A DNA stretch of 63,193 nucleotides from an uncultured Gemmatimonas sp. (GTDB lineage Bacteria; Gemmatimonadota; Gemmatimonadetes; Gemmatimonadales; GWC2-71-9). Both the position numbers and the translations under genes were made by a program. Shown piece by piece: positions 18,117 to 26,977 of the stretch. The notes beneath the pieces are model-generated. The model made no database searches and had not been told where the DNA came from. It was given only the letters and a program-made list of their open reading frames with translations. How positions within the stretch are numbered: the stretch's first letter is position 1; every line of letters begins with the position of its first letter. The stretch spans positions 1-63,193 of the forward strand of contig CAZFSA010000002.1 in NCBI GenBank assembly GCA_964521535.1. The letters are read 5' to 3'.

Positions 18117-19361
18117 ATGGCTCGATGGTGCGTGGTGCTCGGCCTCGCGGCAGGGTTGGCGGTTCCGACGCTGGTTGTCGCGCAGCCGCTGCCCGCGGCC
18201 ACGCCGGGCGAGGCCGGTTTCAGCGCCGCGGGACTCGCCCGGCTCGATTCCGCGATGAACGCCTACGTGGCCGACGGCCGCCTGCCCGGGATCGTGGTGA
18301 CGGTGGCCCGCGGCGGGCGGCTGGTGCACTGGAAGGCCTTCGGCCTCCGGCAAGTCGAGACCGGCACCCCGATGCGGGGCGACGATCTCTTCCGGATCTA
18401 CTCCATGACCAAGCCGGTCACCAGCGTCGCGGCCATGATCCTGGTCGAGGAAGGACGGATCGGCCTGGAGGATCCGATCTCCCGGTACCTGCCCGCCTTC
18501 GCCGAAGCCAGGGTCTGGACACCGGCGGGGCTGGTGGCCCCGCGCCGCCCGATCACAGTCCGCGATCTCCTGCGCCACACCTCGGGCCTCACGTACGGCT
18601 ATTTCGGCCAGACCCCGGTCGACTCGCTCTACCGGGCGGCGGCGCCCGCAGAGCAGGCCACCAGCCTGGCGGATCTGGTGAGCCGGCTCGCCGCCCTGCC
18701 GCTCGTGGCCCACCCTGGCGAGCGGTGGAACTACAGCTTCAGCACCGACCTGGTGGGCCGGATTGTCGAAGTGGTATCGGGGCAGTCGCTGGACCGGTTT
18801 TTCGAGGATCGGATCTTCAAGCCGCTCGGGATGAAGGACACCTTCTTCGAGGTCCCGGCAGGGAAGCGCGCTCGCTTCACCGGGTACTACGCCAGGCAGG
18901 ACGGCCGGTTCGTCCTCAGCGATTCGCCCGACAGTGGGCGCTATACCCGGTCTCCCACGGTGCTCTCGGGCGGGGGCGGTCTGGTGTCCACCCCCGTCGA
19001 CTACCTGCGCTTCACCCAGATGCTGCTCAACGGGGGCGAGCTGGACGGCATCCGGCTGCTCCAGCGCGGCACGGTCGCCGCGATGCTCCGCAACCAGCTT
19101 CCGGGCGAGCTGGTTCCAATCAGCCCGATCGGCGGCATCGGTGGTTCCGGCTTCGGGCTGGGCTTCAGCGTGGTGGTCGACGCGGAGCCGGGCCCGGCGA
19201 ACGACGTGGGCCGGGCCGGATGGGGCGGGTACGGCAACACCTTCTTCTTCCTCGATCCGGCGCGCCAACTGAGTGCGGCGGTGTATACCCAGTTCTTCCC
19301 GTTCGCGGCCTATCCACTGGAAGCGGACTTCCGCCGCCTGGTATACCAGGCACTCCGATGA
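18117..19361 (+). CDS. Beta-lactamase-fold serine hydrolase (secreted)
   Basis: Trimmed to ATG 18117 (MARWCVVLGLAAGLAVPTLVVAQ signal peptide). SxxK motif YSMTKPV. Confidence 0.8.
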   Translation: MARWCVVLGLAAGLAVPTLVVAQPLPAATPGEAGFSAAGLARLDSAMNAYVADGRLPGIVVTVARGGRLVHWKAFGLRQVETGTPMRGDDLFRIYSMTKPVTSVAAMILVEEGRIGLEDPISRYLPAFAEARVWTPAGLVAPRRPITVRDLLRHTSGLTYGYFGQTPVDSLYRAAAPAEQATSLADLVSRLAALPLVAHPGERWNYSFSTDLVGRIVEVVSGQSLDRFFEDRIFKPLGMKDTFFEVPAGKRARFTGYYARQDGRFVLSDSPDSGRYTRSPTVLSGGGGLVSTPVDYLRFTQMLLNGGELDGIRLLQRGTVAAMLRNQLPGELVPISPIGGIGGSGFGLGFSVVVDAEPGPANDVGRAGWGGYGNTFFFLDPARQLSAAVYTQFFPFAAYPLEADFRRLVYQALR

Positions 19362-19831
19362 CCGCCCGGGCGCCGAGCCTGTCGCTCAATCCGGCTTACC
19401 TGGAACGACTCTACCAGGCCGTGAACACGAGCCCGTTCCCGCGCCACCTGCCGATGAACATCGCGGCGATTGGCGAGGGCACGGCCCGGGTGGAGCTCAC
19501 CGTCGCCGAGTGCCACCTCCAGCCCTTCGGGATTGTGCACGGCGGGGTGTTTGCGACGCTGATCGACACGGCCACGTTCTGGGCCGCGTTCTCCCTGCTC
19601 CCGGAGGACGCCGGGCTCGTCAACGTCGACCTCAAGCTCAACTATCTCGCGCCCGCGGCGGGCGGGATGTTGATCGCCGAAGGCCGGTGCCTCCGGTCGG
19701 GCCGTTCGTTGAGCTATGCGGAGGCCCGAATCACCGATGGCGACGGGACCCTGCTCACCCACGGGACCTCCACGTTGATCACTCTGCCCGGCAAGGGAAT
19801 CTCCCTCGGGCTCCCCAAGTTCCTCCCCTGA
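19358..19831 (+). CDS. PaaI-family hotdog-fold thioesterase
   Basis: ATG 19358 overlaps the upstream stop (ATGA). The GIVHGGVFATLIDTA motif is present. The gene is embedded in a longer wrong-frame ORF, 18029..19831. Confidence 0.8.
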   Translation: MTARAPSLSLNPAYLERLYQAVNTSPFPRHLPMNIAAIGEGTARVELTVAECHLQPFGIVHGGVFATLIDTATFWAAFSLLPEDAGLVNVDLKLNYLAPAAGGMLIAEGRCLRSGRSLSYAEARITDGDGTLLTHGTSTLITLPGKGISLGLPKFLP

Positions 19832-19850
19832 ACTCGAGGCCCGCGGGACC

Positions 19851-20360
19851 ATGGCCGACCCCATCATCCGTCTGCTGGTCGAGAACATCCAGCCCCGTCC
19901 GGGCCGCGGAGGGTGGCACGGCGGGCCGTCGCCGCTGGGCGCGCTCAAGGGCGTGTCGGCCCGGCAGGCCAGCTGGCGCCCGGCGCCCGGCCGTCACACC
20001 ATCTGGGAGCTGATGCTCCACCTCGCCTACTGGAAGTATGCGGTGCGCCGGCGGCTCGGGGGCGGCGGTCCGGACTTCGAGCGGAGTCCCGCGAACTTTC
20101 CGAGTCAGCCCGACCGGCCCACCGAGGCGGCCTGGGCGGCCGACAAGGCGCTGCTGGAGCGGGAGCATCGCTTGTTGCTCCGGACCGTGGCGAAGGTGCC
20201 GCGCGGCCGGCTGGGCCGCCGGCCTGAGGGCGGCCGGAGGTGGACCTATGGCGAGACCATACTCGGTATCGCGATGCATGACGCTTATCACGTGGGCCAG
20301 ATCCAGCTGATGAAGCGGCTCTGGCAGGAACGCCGGCGGCTCGGCGCGGGCGGCCGGTAG
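19851..20360 (+). CDS. DinB-family (four-helix bundle) protein
   Basis: 169 aa with conserved His residues (WELMLHLAYW, HDAYHVGQI) typical of the DinB/YfiT-like fold. Confidence 0.75.
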   Translation: MADPIIRLLVENIQPRPGRGGWHGGPSPLGALKGVSARQASWRPAPGRHTIWELMLHLAYWKYAVRRRLGGGGPDFERSPANFPSQPDRPTEAAWAADKALLEREHRLLLRTVAKVPRGRLGRRPEGGRRWTYGETILGIAMHDAYHVGQIQLMKRLWQERRRLGAGGR

Positions 20361-20466
20361 CCAACGGGAGAGCGCGATCCGGTTTCCCTTTCGCCACCTC
20401 GCCCAGGCCTTCGCCGAGCTGGAGGGCACCACCTCCCGCCTGGCCTCGATCGAGATTGTCGCCAGG

Positions 20467-22134
20467 TTGCTCAAACGGGCCCCGCGCGCCGACCTGCCCC
20501 GGGTAGCCTATCTCCTGCAAGGCCAGCTCCGTCCGCCATTCGAAGGAGTGGAGGTCGGCGCCGGCGAGCGGTTGCTGGCCCGGGCCATCGCCCAGGCGGG
20601 CGGCGTCCCGGACGCAACCGTGGCCGCGACCTACCGGCGAACGGGAGATCTGGGATCCACGGCCCAGGCGCTCATCCGGACCCAGCCCCGGCGACGGCTC
20701 GCGGTGAAGGAGGCCTACGACGCCTTGCTCGCTGTGGCCCGTAGCGCAGGGGTCGGCGCCGTCGAGCGCAAGGTTGGCCTGCTGGCCCGGCTCCTCCGCC
20801 ATGCCGACCCCGCCGAGGCCCGGTATCTGGTTCGGATCGCGCAGGGCCGCCTCCGCCTGGGCGTCGGCGATTCCACCGTGATCGAGGCCACGGCCGCCGC
20901 CGCGTTCGGCGATCGCCGCCGAAAGGCCATGGTGGAGCACGCCTACAACGTCCGGTCCGATCTCGGCGAGGTGGTCCGCCTGGCGTTTGCCCGCGGATCG
21001 CGGGGCCTGGAACGGATTGCGCCCCGGGTTGGGGTGCCAGTGCGCCCGGCCCTGGCCCAGCGGCTTCGGTCGGCGCGGGCCATCGTGGAGCGGCTCGGCA
21101 CGGTCCAGGCCGAGCCCAAGTACGACGGCCTCCGGGTCCAGGTGCACCGCAAGGGCGATCGGGTCTGGATCTTCACGCGCCGGCTGGAGAACGTCACTGC
21201 CATGTTCCCGGAGCTGGAGGCTGCGGCCCGCCGGCAGCTGCGGGCCCGCGAGGCGATTCTGGAGGGCGAAGCCATCGCGTACGACCCCCGGACCGGGCGG
21301 TTCCTTCCCTTCCAGGTCACCATCACCCGCAAGCGGCGTCACGGTGTCTCCGAGGCCGCTCGGCGATACCCGCTCAAGCTTTTCGCGTTCGATCTGCTCG
21401 CGCTTGGCGGCCGGGACTGCCTGGCTCTTCCCCTCAGGGAACGGCGCCGCCGGCTCGTGGCTGCGCTCCGGACCGCTCCGGACGCCCCCGTGCAGGTGGC
21501 CGAGGCGCTGGTGACCAACGAGGTACAGGAGCTGGAGGCCTGGTATCGGACCATGCTCCGGCGCGGGCTCGAGGGCATCGTCGCCAAGCGGCCCGACGCG
21601 CCGTATCGCGCCGGGGCGCGCGGCTTCGACTGGATCAAGCTCAAGCGGGTGGATCGTTCGCGGCTCAGCGACACGGTCGACCTGGCGCTGGTAGGCTACC
21701 TGAGGGGCCGGGGCAAGCGCGCCGCCCTTGGCATCGGCTCGCTGCTCGCCGCGGTCTACGATCCCGAGGGGGATCGCTTCCGGACCGTGGCGAAGATCGG
21801 CTCCGGACCTTCGGACGCCGAATGGCGTTCGCTCCGTGCAGCGCTCGACCGCCGCGCCACGCCCGGGCCGCCGCGCCGGGTGGACTCCCGGATCGTGGCG
21901 GACGTCTGGAGCGAGCCCCGGATGGTGGTGGAAGTCCTGGCCGACGAGATCACCCGGTCGCCCCGGCATACCTGCGGCGCGACCGGCGGAGGTACGGGCT
22001 ACGCGCTCCGCTTCCCCCGGATGCTGGGCGTCCGGCGGGACCGGGCGCCGGAGGACGCGACGACCGAGCGCGAGATCCTGGAGCTCTTCCGGCTGCAACG
22101 CTCCGCGAGCCCGGCGGAAACCGGGCGAGCCTGA
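20467..22134 (+). CDS. lig: ATP-dependent DNA ligase (Lig1/LigB-like, with N-terminal DNA-binding domain)
   Basis: Adenylation motif EPKYDGLRVQVHR, plus nucleotidyltransferase and OB-fold regions. The listed ORF starts at TTG 20467. Ligase-like N-terminal sequence (RFPFRHLAQAFAELEGTTSRLASIEIVARLL) continues in frame upstream to about 20377 with no ATG/GTG/TTG, so the true 5' end is uncertain. Confidence 0.85.
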   Translation: MLKRAPRADLPRVAYLLQGQLRPPFEGVEVGAGERLLARAIAQAGGVPDATVAATYRRTGDLGSTAQALIRTQPRRRLAVKEAYDALLAVARSAGVGAVERKVGLLARLLRHADPAEARYLVRIAQGRLRLGVGDSTVIEATAAAAFGDRRRKAMVEHAYNVRSDLGEVVRLAFARGSRGLERIAPRVGVPVRPALAQRLRSARAIVERLGTVQAEPKYDGLRVQVHRKGDRVWIFTRRLENVTAMFPELEAAARRQLRAREAILEGEAIAYDPRTGRFLPFQVTITRKRRHGVSEAARRYPLKLFAFDLLALGGRDCLALPLRERRRRLVAALRTAPDAPVQVAEALVTNEVQELEAWYRTMLRRGLEGIVAKRPDAPYRAGARGFDWIKLKRVDRSRLSDTVDLALVGYLRGRGKRAALGIGSLLAAVYDPEGDRFRTVAKIGSGPSDAEWRSLRAALDRRATPGPPRRVDSRIVADVWSEPRMVVEVLADEITRSPRHTCGATGGGTGYALRFPRMLGVRRDRAPEDATTEREILELFRLQRSASPAETGRA

Positions 22135-22167
22135 CATGCCGAGCCGCCGCTCGCGGCGATCATCGAA

Positions 22168-23370
22168 TCAGCGGGCTCCCTTCGGCGCCTCGATCGCAGC
22201 CACCACCCGCTGGAGGAAGCCGTCCACCGCCTCGTTCCGGATCCAGCGCGCCACCACCACGAGCTCGTGCTCCGGAATGCCGCAGATCAGGTTGGTCCCG
22301 TTGCCCAGATGGCAGAACGTGGATGCCGGCGCACTCGGCCACCGCCGCCGGTCGGTGTTGAGGAACCAGTTCATGAAGCCGTAGTCGGTCTGCACCGGCG
22401 TGGGGGTCAACGCCAGCGTCACCCAGCGGTCGGACAGGATCTGCCGGTCCTTCCACTTCCCCCGGCGGAGCGTGAGCAGGCCGAACCGGGCCTGGTCGAA
22501 GGCGCTGATGAACATCCCCCCGCCCCAGTGCCCGCCGCCGGAGACCGACTGGACCATCTGGCCGTCGACGTTCACCCAGGAGTTCTCGTAGCCCAGCCAG
22601 CGCCAGGTGTTCGACGCGCCGATCGGGTCCATCACCAGCTCCCGCAGCACCTGCGGCAGGGGTCGCCGCCAGACCATGAGGCCCGCGTAGGCCAGCACGT
22701 TCACCCGGACATCGTTGTACTTGTAGGTCGTGCCCGGCTCCGCCCGGGGCCGGTTGATGTAGTCGACCAGCGGCTGGTTGGCCGGCGGCCGGTCGGCCCA
22801 GTCGGGCTTGTCCCAGAGCGTGCCCTCCCAGTCGCTGGTCTGCCGGAGGAGATGGTCCCAGCGGATCTTGCGATTGTGTTCCGAGTCGAACTCGCCGGTG
22901 GTGACGTACCGACGGACGGGATCATCCAGACTGGCGATGAGCCCGCGGTCCAGCGCCAGCCCGATGGTAGTCGAGAGAAAGCTCTTGGTGACGCTGAAGG
23001 TCATGTCCACCCGGTCGGGCTCGCCCCATTCGGCCACGATGTAGCCCTGCCGCACGACCAGACCGGTCTGGTCGCCTCGGGGGGCGAACTTGCCGATCGG
23101 CGCGCTGTGCGGCTCGCGGCCCAGGGAGACCCAGTGGGCCTGCTCCAGGTCCCGCGGGGTGGTGGCCTCGTTGGCCCGCGCGAAGGCGATGGCCGAGTCG
23201 AGGCGGGCGGCGTTCATCCCGAGTTGGGCCGGCGCCCGGCGCTCCCAGGCGGGGTGCCGGTCGGGGAAGTAGGCTCCCGCGGCGCCCTGGGCTCCGAGCG
23301 GCTGGGCCGCCAGCGCCGCGCCGACGACAAACAGGGCGCCGATGGGACGGCACCGGAGCAAACCGGTCAT
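22168..23370 (-). CDS. Beta-lactamase-fold serine hydrolase (secreted)
   Basis: Trimmed to ATG 23370 (MTGLLRCRPIGALFVVGAALAAQ signal peptide). SxxK motif FSVTKSF. Confidence 0.8.
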   Translation of the reverse strand: MTGLLRCRPIGALFVVGAALAAQPLGAQGAAGAYFPDRHPAWERRAPAQLGMNAARLDSAIAFARANEATTPRDLEQAHWVSLGREPHSAPIGKFAPRGDQTGLVVRQGYIVAEWGEPDRVDMTFSVTKSFLSTTIGLALDRGLIASLDDPVRRYVTTGEFDSEHNRKIRWDHLLRQTSDWEGTLWDKPDWADRPPANQPLVDYINRPRAEPGTTYKYNDVRVNVLAYAGLMVWRRPLPQVLRELVMDPIGASNTWRWLGYENSWVNVDGQMVQSVSGGGHWGGGMFISAFDQARFGLLTLRRGKWKDRQILSDRWVTLALTPTPVQTDYGFMNWFLNTDRRRWPSAPASTFCHLGNGTNLICGIPEHELVVVARWIRNEAVDGFLQRVVAAIEAPKGAR

Positions 23371-23427
23371 GTGTAGCCCTCGCTGGCAGAGCGGCGAGGC
23401 CGGAAACATGCTCGATCCGACGGCCTC

Positions 23428-24270
23428 TTACGAGATCCGGATCGTCCGCATCATCCCGTGAGCGGCGTGCGGCTTCCCGTCCCGCGCGTCGGGCACAAAG
23501 CAGATGACGGCGTAGTCGCCTGGCGTGAGTTCAGCCTGGAAGATGTTCACTTCCCCGGCGCCGAGGGCCGTGGTGCCCCCCACGATGCCTTCGGCCGGCG
23601 GCGGACCGTCCATCTTCTCCACCCAGGCCAGGAGATCCTCGGCCGTCTTCCCGGCGGCCAGCCGGGCAATCACCACTTCATGGGGCTGCCCCGGCGCGCT
23701 CTCCACTCGAAACGTATAGCGGCCGGCCGTGAGTTCCCGCGAGAAGGTGAAGGCGTAGTCGGTCAGCCGCACCGTGATGTCGGCCGCCGGAGGCTCGGCC
23801 GGATGGGCCGGTGCCACCACGGTGAGCGGCCGGAGCATTCCCTTCATGAAGTGGAGCTTCCCATCCGGCGAGGGGACCTCGCAGATGAGGAGGTAGTTGC
23901 CGGGGGCAAGATTGACCGTTGCCTCCAGCATCCCGCCGGGATTCGGGGCGCTGGGGCCCCCGACCGCCACCATCCAGGCAGGCATCTCCCCGGGTCCGAG
24001 CGCCATCACGTCGGCGATGGTCTTCCCCTCCGTGAGGCGATACAGGGCGCCGTGATGCAGTTCCTGCCCTTCGTTGTGGATCCGAAGCGTCACCCAGCCG
24101 CCAGGGATCGTGTCCGGCGCCTGATAGGCGAAATCGGCGGCCTGGATGTCCACCACGGGCGGGGGGCCGGCCGGGTGGTCGGCGCGATCCGCGGCGGCGC
24201 CCCCCTGGCCGCCGCATCCGGACAGGGCAACGATGGCGGACAGTGACAGCGGGGGGACGATCCGACGCAT
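23428..24270 (-). CDS. Lipoprotein with two tandem cupredoxin-like domains (putative)
   Basis: Lipobox LSGC. Two homologous halves each carry a His...Cys-x10-11-His-x2-5-Met pattern (LICEVPSPDGKLHFMKGM and VICFVPDARDGKPHAAHGM). Confidence 0.5.
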   Translation of the reverse strand: MRRIVPPLSLSAIVALSGCGGQGGAAADRADHPAGPPPVVDIQAADFAYQAPDTIPGGWVTLRIHNEGQELHHGALYRLTEGKTIADVMALGPGEMPAWMVAVGGPSAPNPGGMLEATVNLAPGNYLLICEVPSPDGKLHFMKGMLRPLTVVAPAHPAEPPAADITVRLTDYAFTFSRELTAGRYTFRVESAPGQPHEVVIARLAAGKTAEDLLAWVEKMDGPPPAEGIVGGTTALGAGEVNIFQAELTPGDYAVICFVPDARDGKPHAAHGMMRTIRIS

Positions 24271-24397
24271 GGGCTTGCTCGACGATGCTGGGGGGACGTG
24301 GAACCTAGTCCCCCATCCCTCGCTTGCAAACCATGACGCCTCGACGGGCGCGGGCCAGCATGGAGCGGCCGGCGTGCAGAGTGGCTAGAATTCGGTC

Positions 24398-25912
24398 ATG
24401 ATGGCGCAGATCGGGCACCGCCGCCGCGGATGGTGGCGGGTGGCGGGGGACGCAACCCGGGCCGCGTTCCTCACCGGCACGCTGGCGACATCCGGCCAGC
24501 CGGTCGTGGCCCAGTCCGCAGCAGCCGTCCAGTATCGGGCGGTCCTGGCACCAGGCGATTCCGTCCTCCAGGTCACGATCACCCTGTCCGAAGCCGTCCA
24601 AAGCCCGGCGCACCTGGTCATGCCGGCGGCGATTCCGATGGGCTATGGCAGTCAGCCGTACCGACGCTTCGTCTCCGGGCTCACGGCCCGCGACGCGGCC
24701 GGGGCGCCGTTGCCACTGGCCGCACTGGAGGGTACCCGCTGGCTCGTCGAGGCCAGCGGGCAGCGATCGCTTCAGCGAATCGAGTATGTCGTCAACCTGG
24801 CGGCGATGGAGCGACAGGTGCGCTCGGCCGGTGACGCGTCTCGGGTTCGCCCGGGGTTCGTGGGGCTGCTGGGCTACAGCGTCTTCGCATTCGTCGATGG
24901 CCTGGAGTCGCTGCCCATCCAGCTCTCGATCACGGTGCCGCCCGGCTGGCCGTTGATCTCGACGCTCGACCCCGGACGGACCGGCACCGGGTCATTGACG
25001 GTGAGCGCCCGCGACTTCTACCACCTCGCCGACAGCCAGATCATGGGTGGGCCCGATCTGACCGTGAGACGACTTTCGTCGGCCGTGCCGCTCACGGTGG
25101 CGGTCTACGCCGAGGGTCCCTTCGAGGTCGACACCCTGGCGATGCTGTCCGACCGGGCCCTCCGGGCGGCCGTGGAGTACTTCGGGTCGGCGCCGTTCCC
25201 CCACTTCACCGTGTCGCTGGAAGCGCTCTGGCCGGTGTCGCCCGACCACGAGTACCGGTTCTCGATGGAGCACCTGGAGAGCGCCACCTTCCGCTTCGAG
25301 GCCGGCCGCGTGAGCATGAACGGCCCCGACCGGACCCGGTTCTTCTACAACCTGCTCCATCATCTGGCGCACGCCTGGATTCCGAAGCGGTGTGCACCCG
25401 CCGGATATTACCCGTTCATGTGGGATTATCCCGAGCCGATCGACGGGATCTGGTTCTCCGAGGGGTGGGGGCAGTACGCGGCCGCGGACATGCTGGGCCG
25501 GAGCGACCCCCGCAGGGACGAGGCCCGGCGCGCCCTGCTGGCCTTCCGCTTCGAGGCGGCCGCGCGGGATTCCGGGCCGCCGCTTGGCGGTCGCAGCGTG
25601 CCGGAGCTGTCCCGGATCGCGTCGCAGCGTTATTCGGAGGAGTTTCGCATCGCCCAGGCAGTGTTTTCCCGCGGCGCCATGATGGCGGCGGCGATCGACG
25701 ACCGGATCCGGCGGGAAACCGGCGGCCGCCAGACCTTTCGCGAGGTGGCCCGCGCGCTTCTGGCCCGGTGCGCGGCCGATCCCGCGCCGGTGACGGCCGA
25801 AGGAGTCGGGCGGCTCATCCAGGAGGCCACCGGGGTCCGGGTCGACGACCTCATCGCCGAGGGGCTCGCGCCTCGCGGGCGACGTGGTCCGTCGCCCCGA
25901 TCCCGCCCCTGA
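24398..25912 (+). CDS. M61 (glycyl aminopeptidase)-like peptidase family protein with variant HHxxH site
   Basis: 504 aa. LLHHLAHAWIPKR (25358-25372 encodes HHLAH) resembles the M61 motif HEFFHxWNxKR, but with His in place of the catalytic Glu. Confidence 0.5.
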   Translation: MMAQIGHRRRGWWRVAGDATRAAFLTGTLATSGQPVVAQSAAAVQYRAVLAPGDSVLQVTITLSEAVQSPAHLVMPAAIPMGYGSQPYRRFVSGLTARDAAGAPLPLAALEGTRWLVEASGQRSLQRIEYVVNLAAMERQVRSAGDASRVRPGFVGLLGYSVFAFVDGLESLPIQLSITVPPGWPLISTLDPGRTGTGSLTVSARDFYHLADSQIMGGPDLTVRRLSSAVPLTVAVYAEGPFEVDTLAMLSDRALRAAVEYFGSAPFPHFTVSLEALWPVSPDHEYRFSMEHLESATFRFEAGRVSMNGPDRTRFFYNLLHHLAHAWIPKRCAPAGYYPFMWDYPEPIDGIWFSEGWGQYAAADMLGRSDPRRDEARRALLAFRFEAAARDSGPPLGGRSVPELSRIASQRYSEEFRIAQAVFSRGAMMAAAIDDRIRRETGGRQTFREVARALLARCAADPAPVTAEGVGRLIQEATGVRVDDLIAEGLAPRGRRGPSPRSRP

Positions 25913-25958
25913 GGCGAAGCCGGACCCGGCGAGTCACCCCCAGGCTGGTGAGGGATTC

Positions 25959-26975
25959 ATGGCATTTGTCACTCGAGTCGGAATCGTACTCGCGGCCCTC
26001 GTGGCGGCCACCGCGGTCAGGTCCCCTGCGCACAACCCGGCCACAGTACCCGGCGATGGTGCATCGGCCGCCGGGGCCCTGGCCCGCGACGTGAAAGTGA
26101 CCGTGCTGTCCACGATGCTCGCCGGCGACCCTGGCGCCGGGATCGGTGAATGGGGCTTCGCCGCGCTGGTGGAAGTGGACGGCCGGCGGTTCCTGTTCGA
26201 CACCGGCGCCCGCCCCGACGTGGTCCTGGCCAACGCCCGCGAGCTGGGCATCGACCTGAGCGACGTGACCGACGTGATCCTGAGCCACAACCACGCCGAC
26301 CACGTGGGGGGCCTGGTAACGCTTCGGCGGGAACTCCGTACCGCGAACCCGGCCGCGCTCTCCCGCGCACACGTGGCGCGGGGCATTTTCTGGAGCCGCC
26401 GCGGCCCCAACGGCCGAGAGGACAACGGCCTCCTCCCACTCCGGACGGAGTTTGAGCGACTGGGTGGAACGTTCGTGGAGCACGGCGGCCCGACCTCGCT
26501 CGCCCCGGGCGTGTGGTTCACCGGCCCCGTGGACCGGGTCCATCCCGAGCGGAACTGGAGCGTCACCGGCACCGTGACCACACCCGATCGGGGCGAGGTC
26601 GAGGACAATGTCCCGGAAGACGCCTCGTTGGTGATCGACACCGCGGAGGGGCTGGTGCTGGTCGCGGGGTGCGGTCACGCCGGCGTGATCAACACCGTCG
26701 AGTTTGCGCGGCGCGCAATCCGCCAGGCGCCGATCCACGCCGCGATTGGCGGGTTTCACCTCTTCCGCGCCACGGACGAGCAACTCGCCTGGACCGCCGC
26801 CCACCTCCGGGCGGCCGGCCTCCAGCACCTGCTCGGCGCCCACTGCACCGGGATCGAAGCGGTCTATCGGCTCCGGGAGCTGGCGGGGCTGGACCGGCGC
26901 CGCGCGGTGGTGAGCGCGGTGGGGTCGAGCTTCACGCTGGGCGCGGGGATCGAGCCGCGGGCGCTGGCCCGATAG
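25959..26975 (+). CDS. Metallo-beta-lactamase fold hydrolase (secreted)
   Basis: Trimmed to ATG 25959 (signal-like MAFVTRVGIVLAALVAATAV). Contains the HxHxDH motif ILSHNHADHVGG. Confidence 0.8.
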   Translation: MAFVTRVGIVLAALVAATAVRSPAHNPATVPGDGASAAGALARDVKVTVLSTMLAGDPGAGIGEWGFAALVEVDGRRFLFDTGARPDVVLANARELGIDLSDVTDVILSHNHADHVGGLVTLRRELRTANPAALSRAHVARGIFWSRRGPNGREDNGLLPLRTEFERLGGTFVEHGGPTSLAPGVWFTGPVDRVHPERNWSVTGTVTTPDRGEVEDNVPEDASLVIDTAEGLVLVAGCGHAGVINTVEFARRAIRQAPIHAAIGGFHLFRATDEQLAWTAAHLRAAGLQHLLGAHCTGIEAVYRLRELAGLDRRRAVVSAVGSSFTLGAGIEPRALAR

Positions 26976-26977
26976 CT

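Noticed and set aside
14529-19268. 1,579-aa ORF on the minus strand, the second-longest ORF in the window
   Set aside because: It runs antisense or out of frame across four independent genes that each have clear family motifs: two SxxK hydrolases, the D-aminoacylase and the small OM barrel protein. Its translation is Arg/Gly/Pro/His-rich low complexity with no recognisable motif. This is the typical stop-codon-poor shadow ORF of a high-GC genome.
19945-22137. 730-aa minus-strand ORF. Similar long ORFs are 36787..38874 (+), 35081..36790 (+), 26513..28312 (+), 28179..29774 (+), 58155..60098 (-), 9238..10626 (+) and 40898-independent others
   Set aside because: Each is antisense or frame-shifted relative to a well-supported gene (ligase, nadA/nadB, amidohydrolase, propeller lipoprotein, SARP-TPR, FtsX permease/GNAT, APC permease). 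Each has Arg/Pro/Gly-dominated translations. They are treated as high-GC artefacts.
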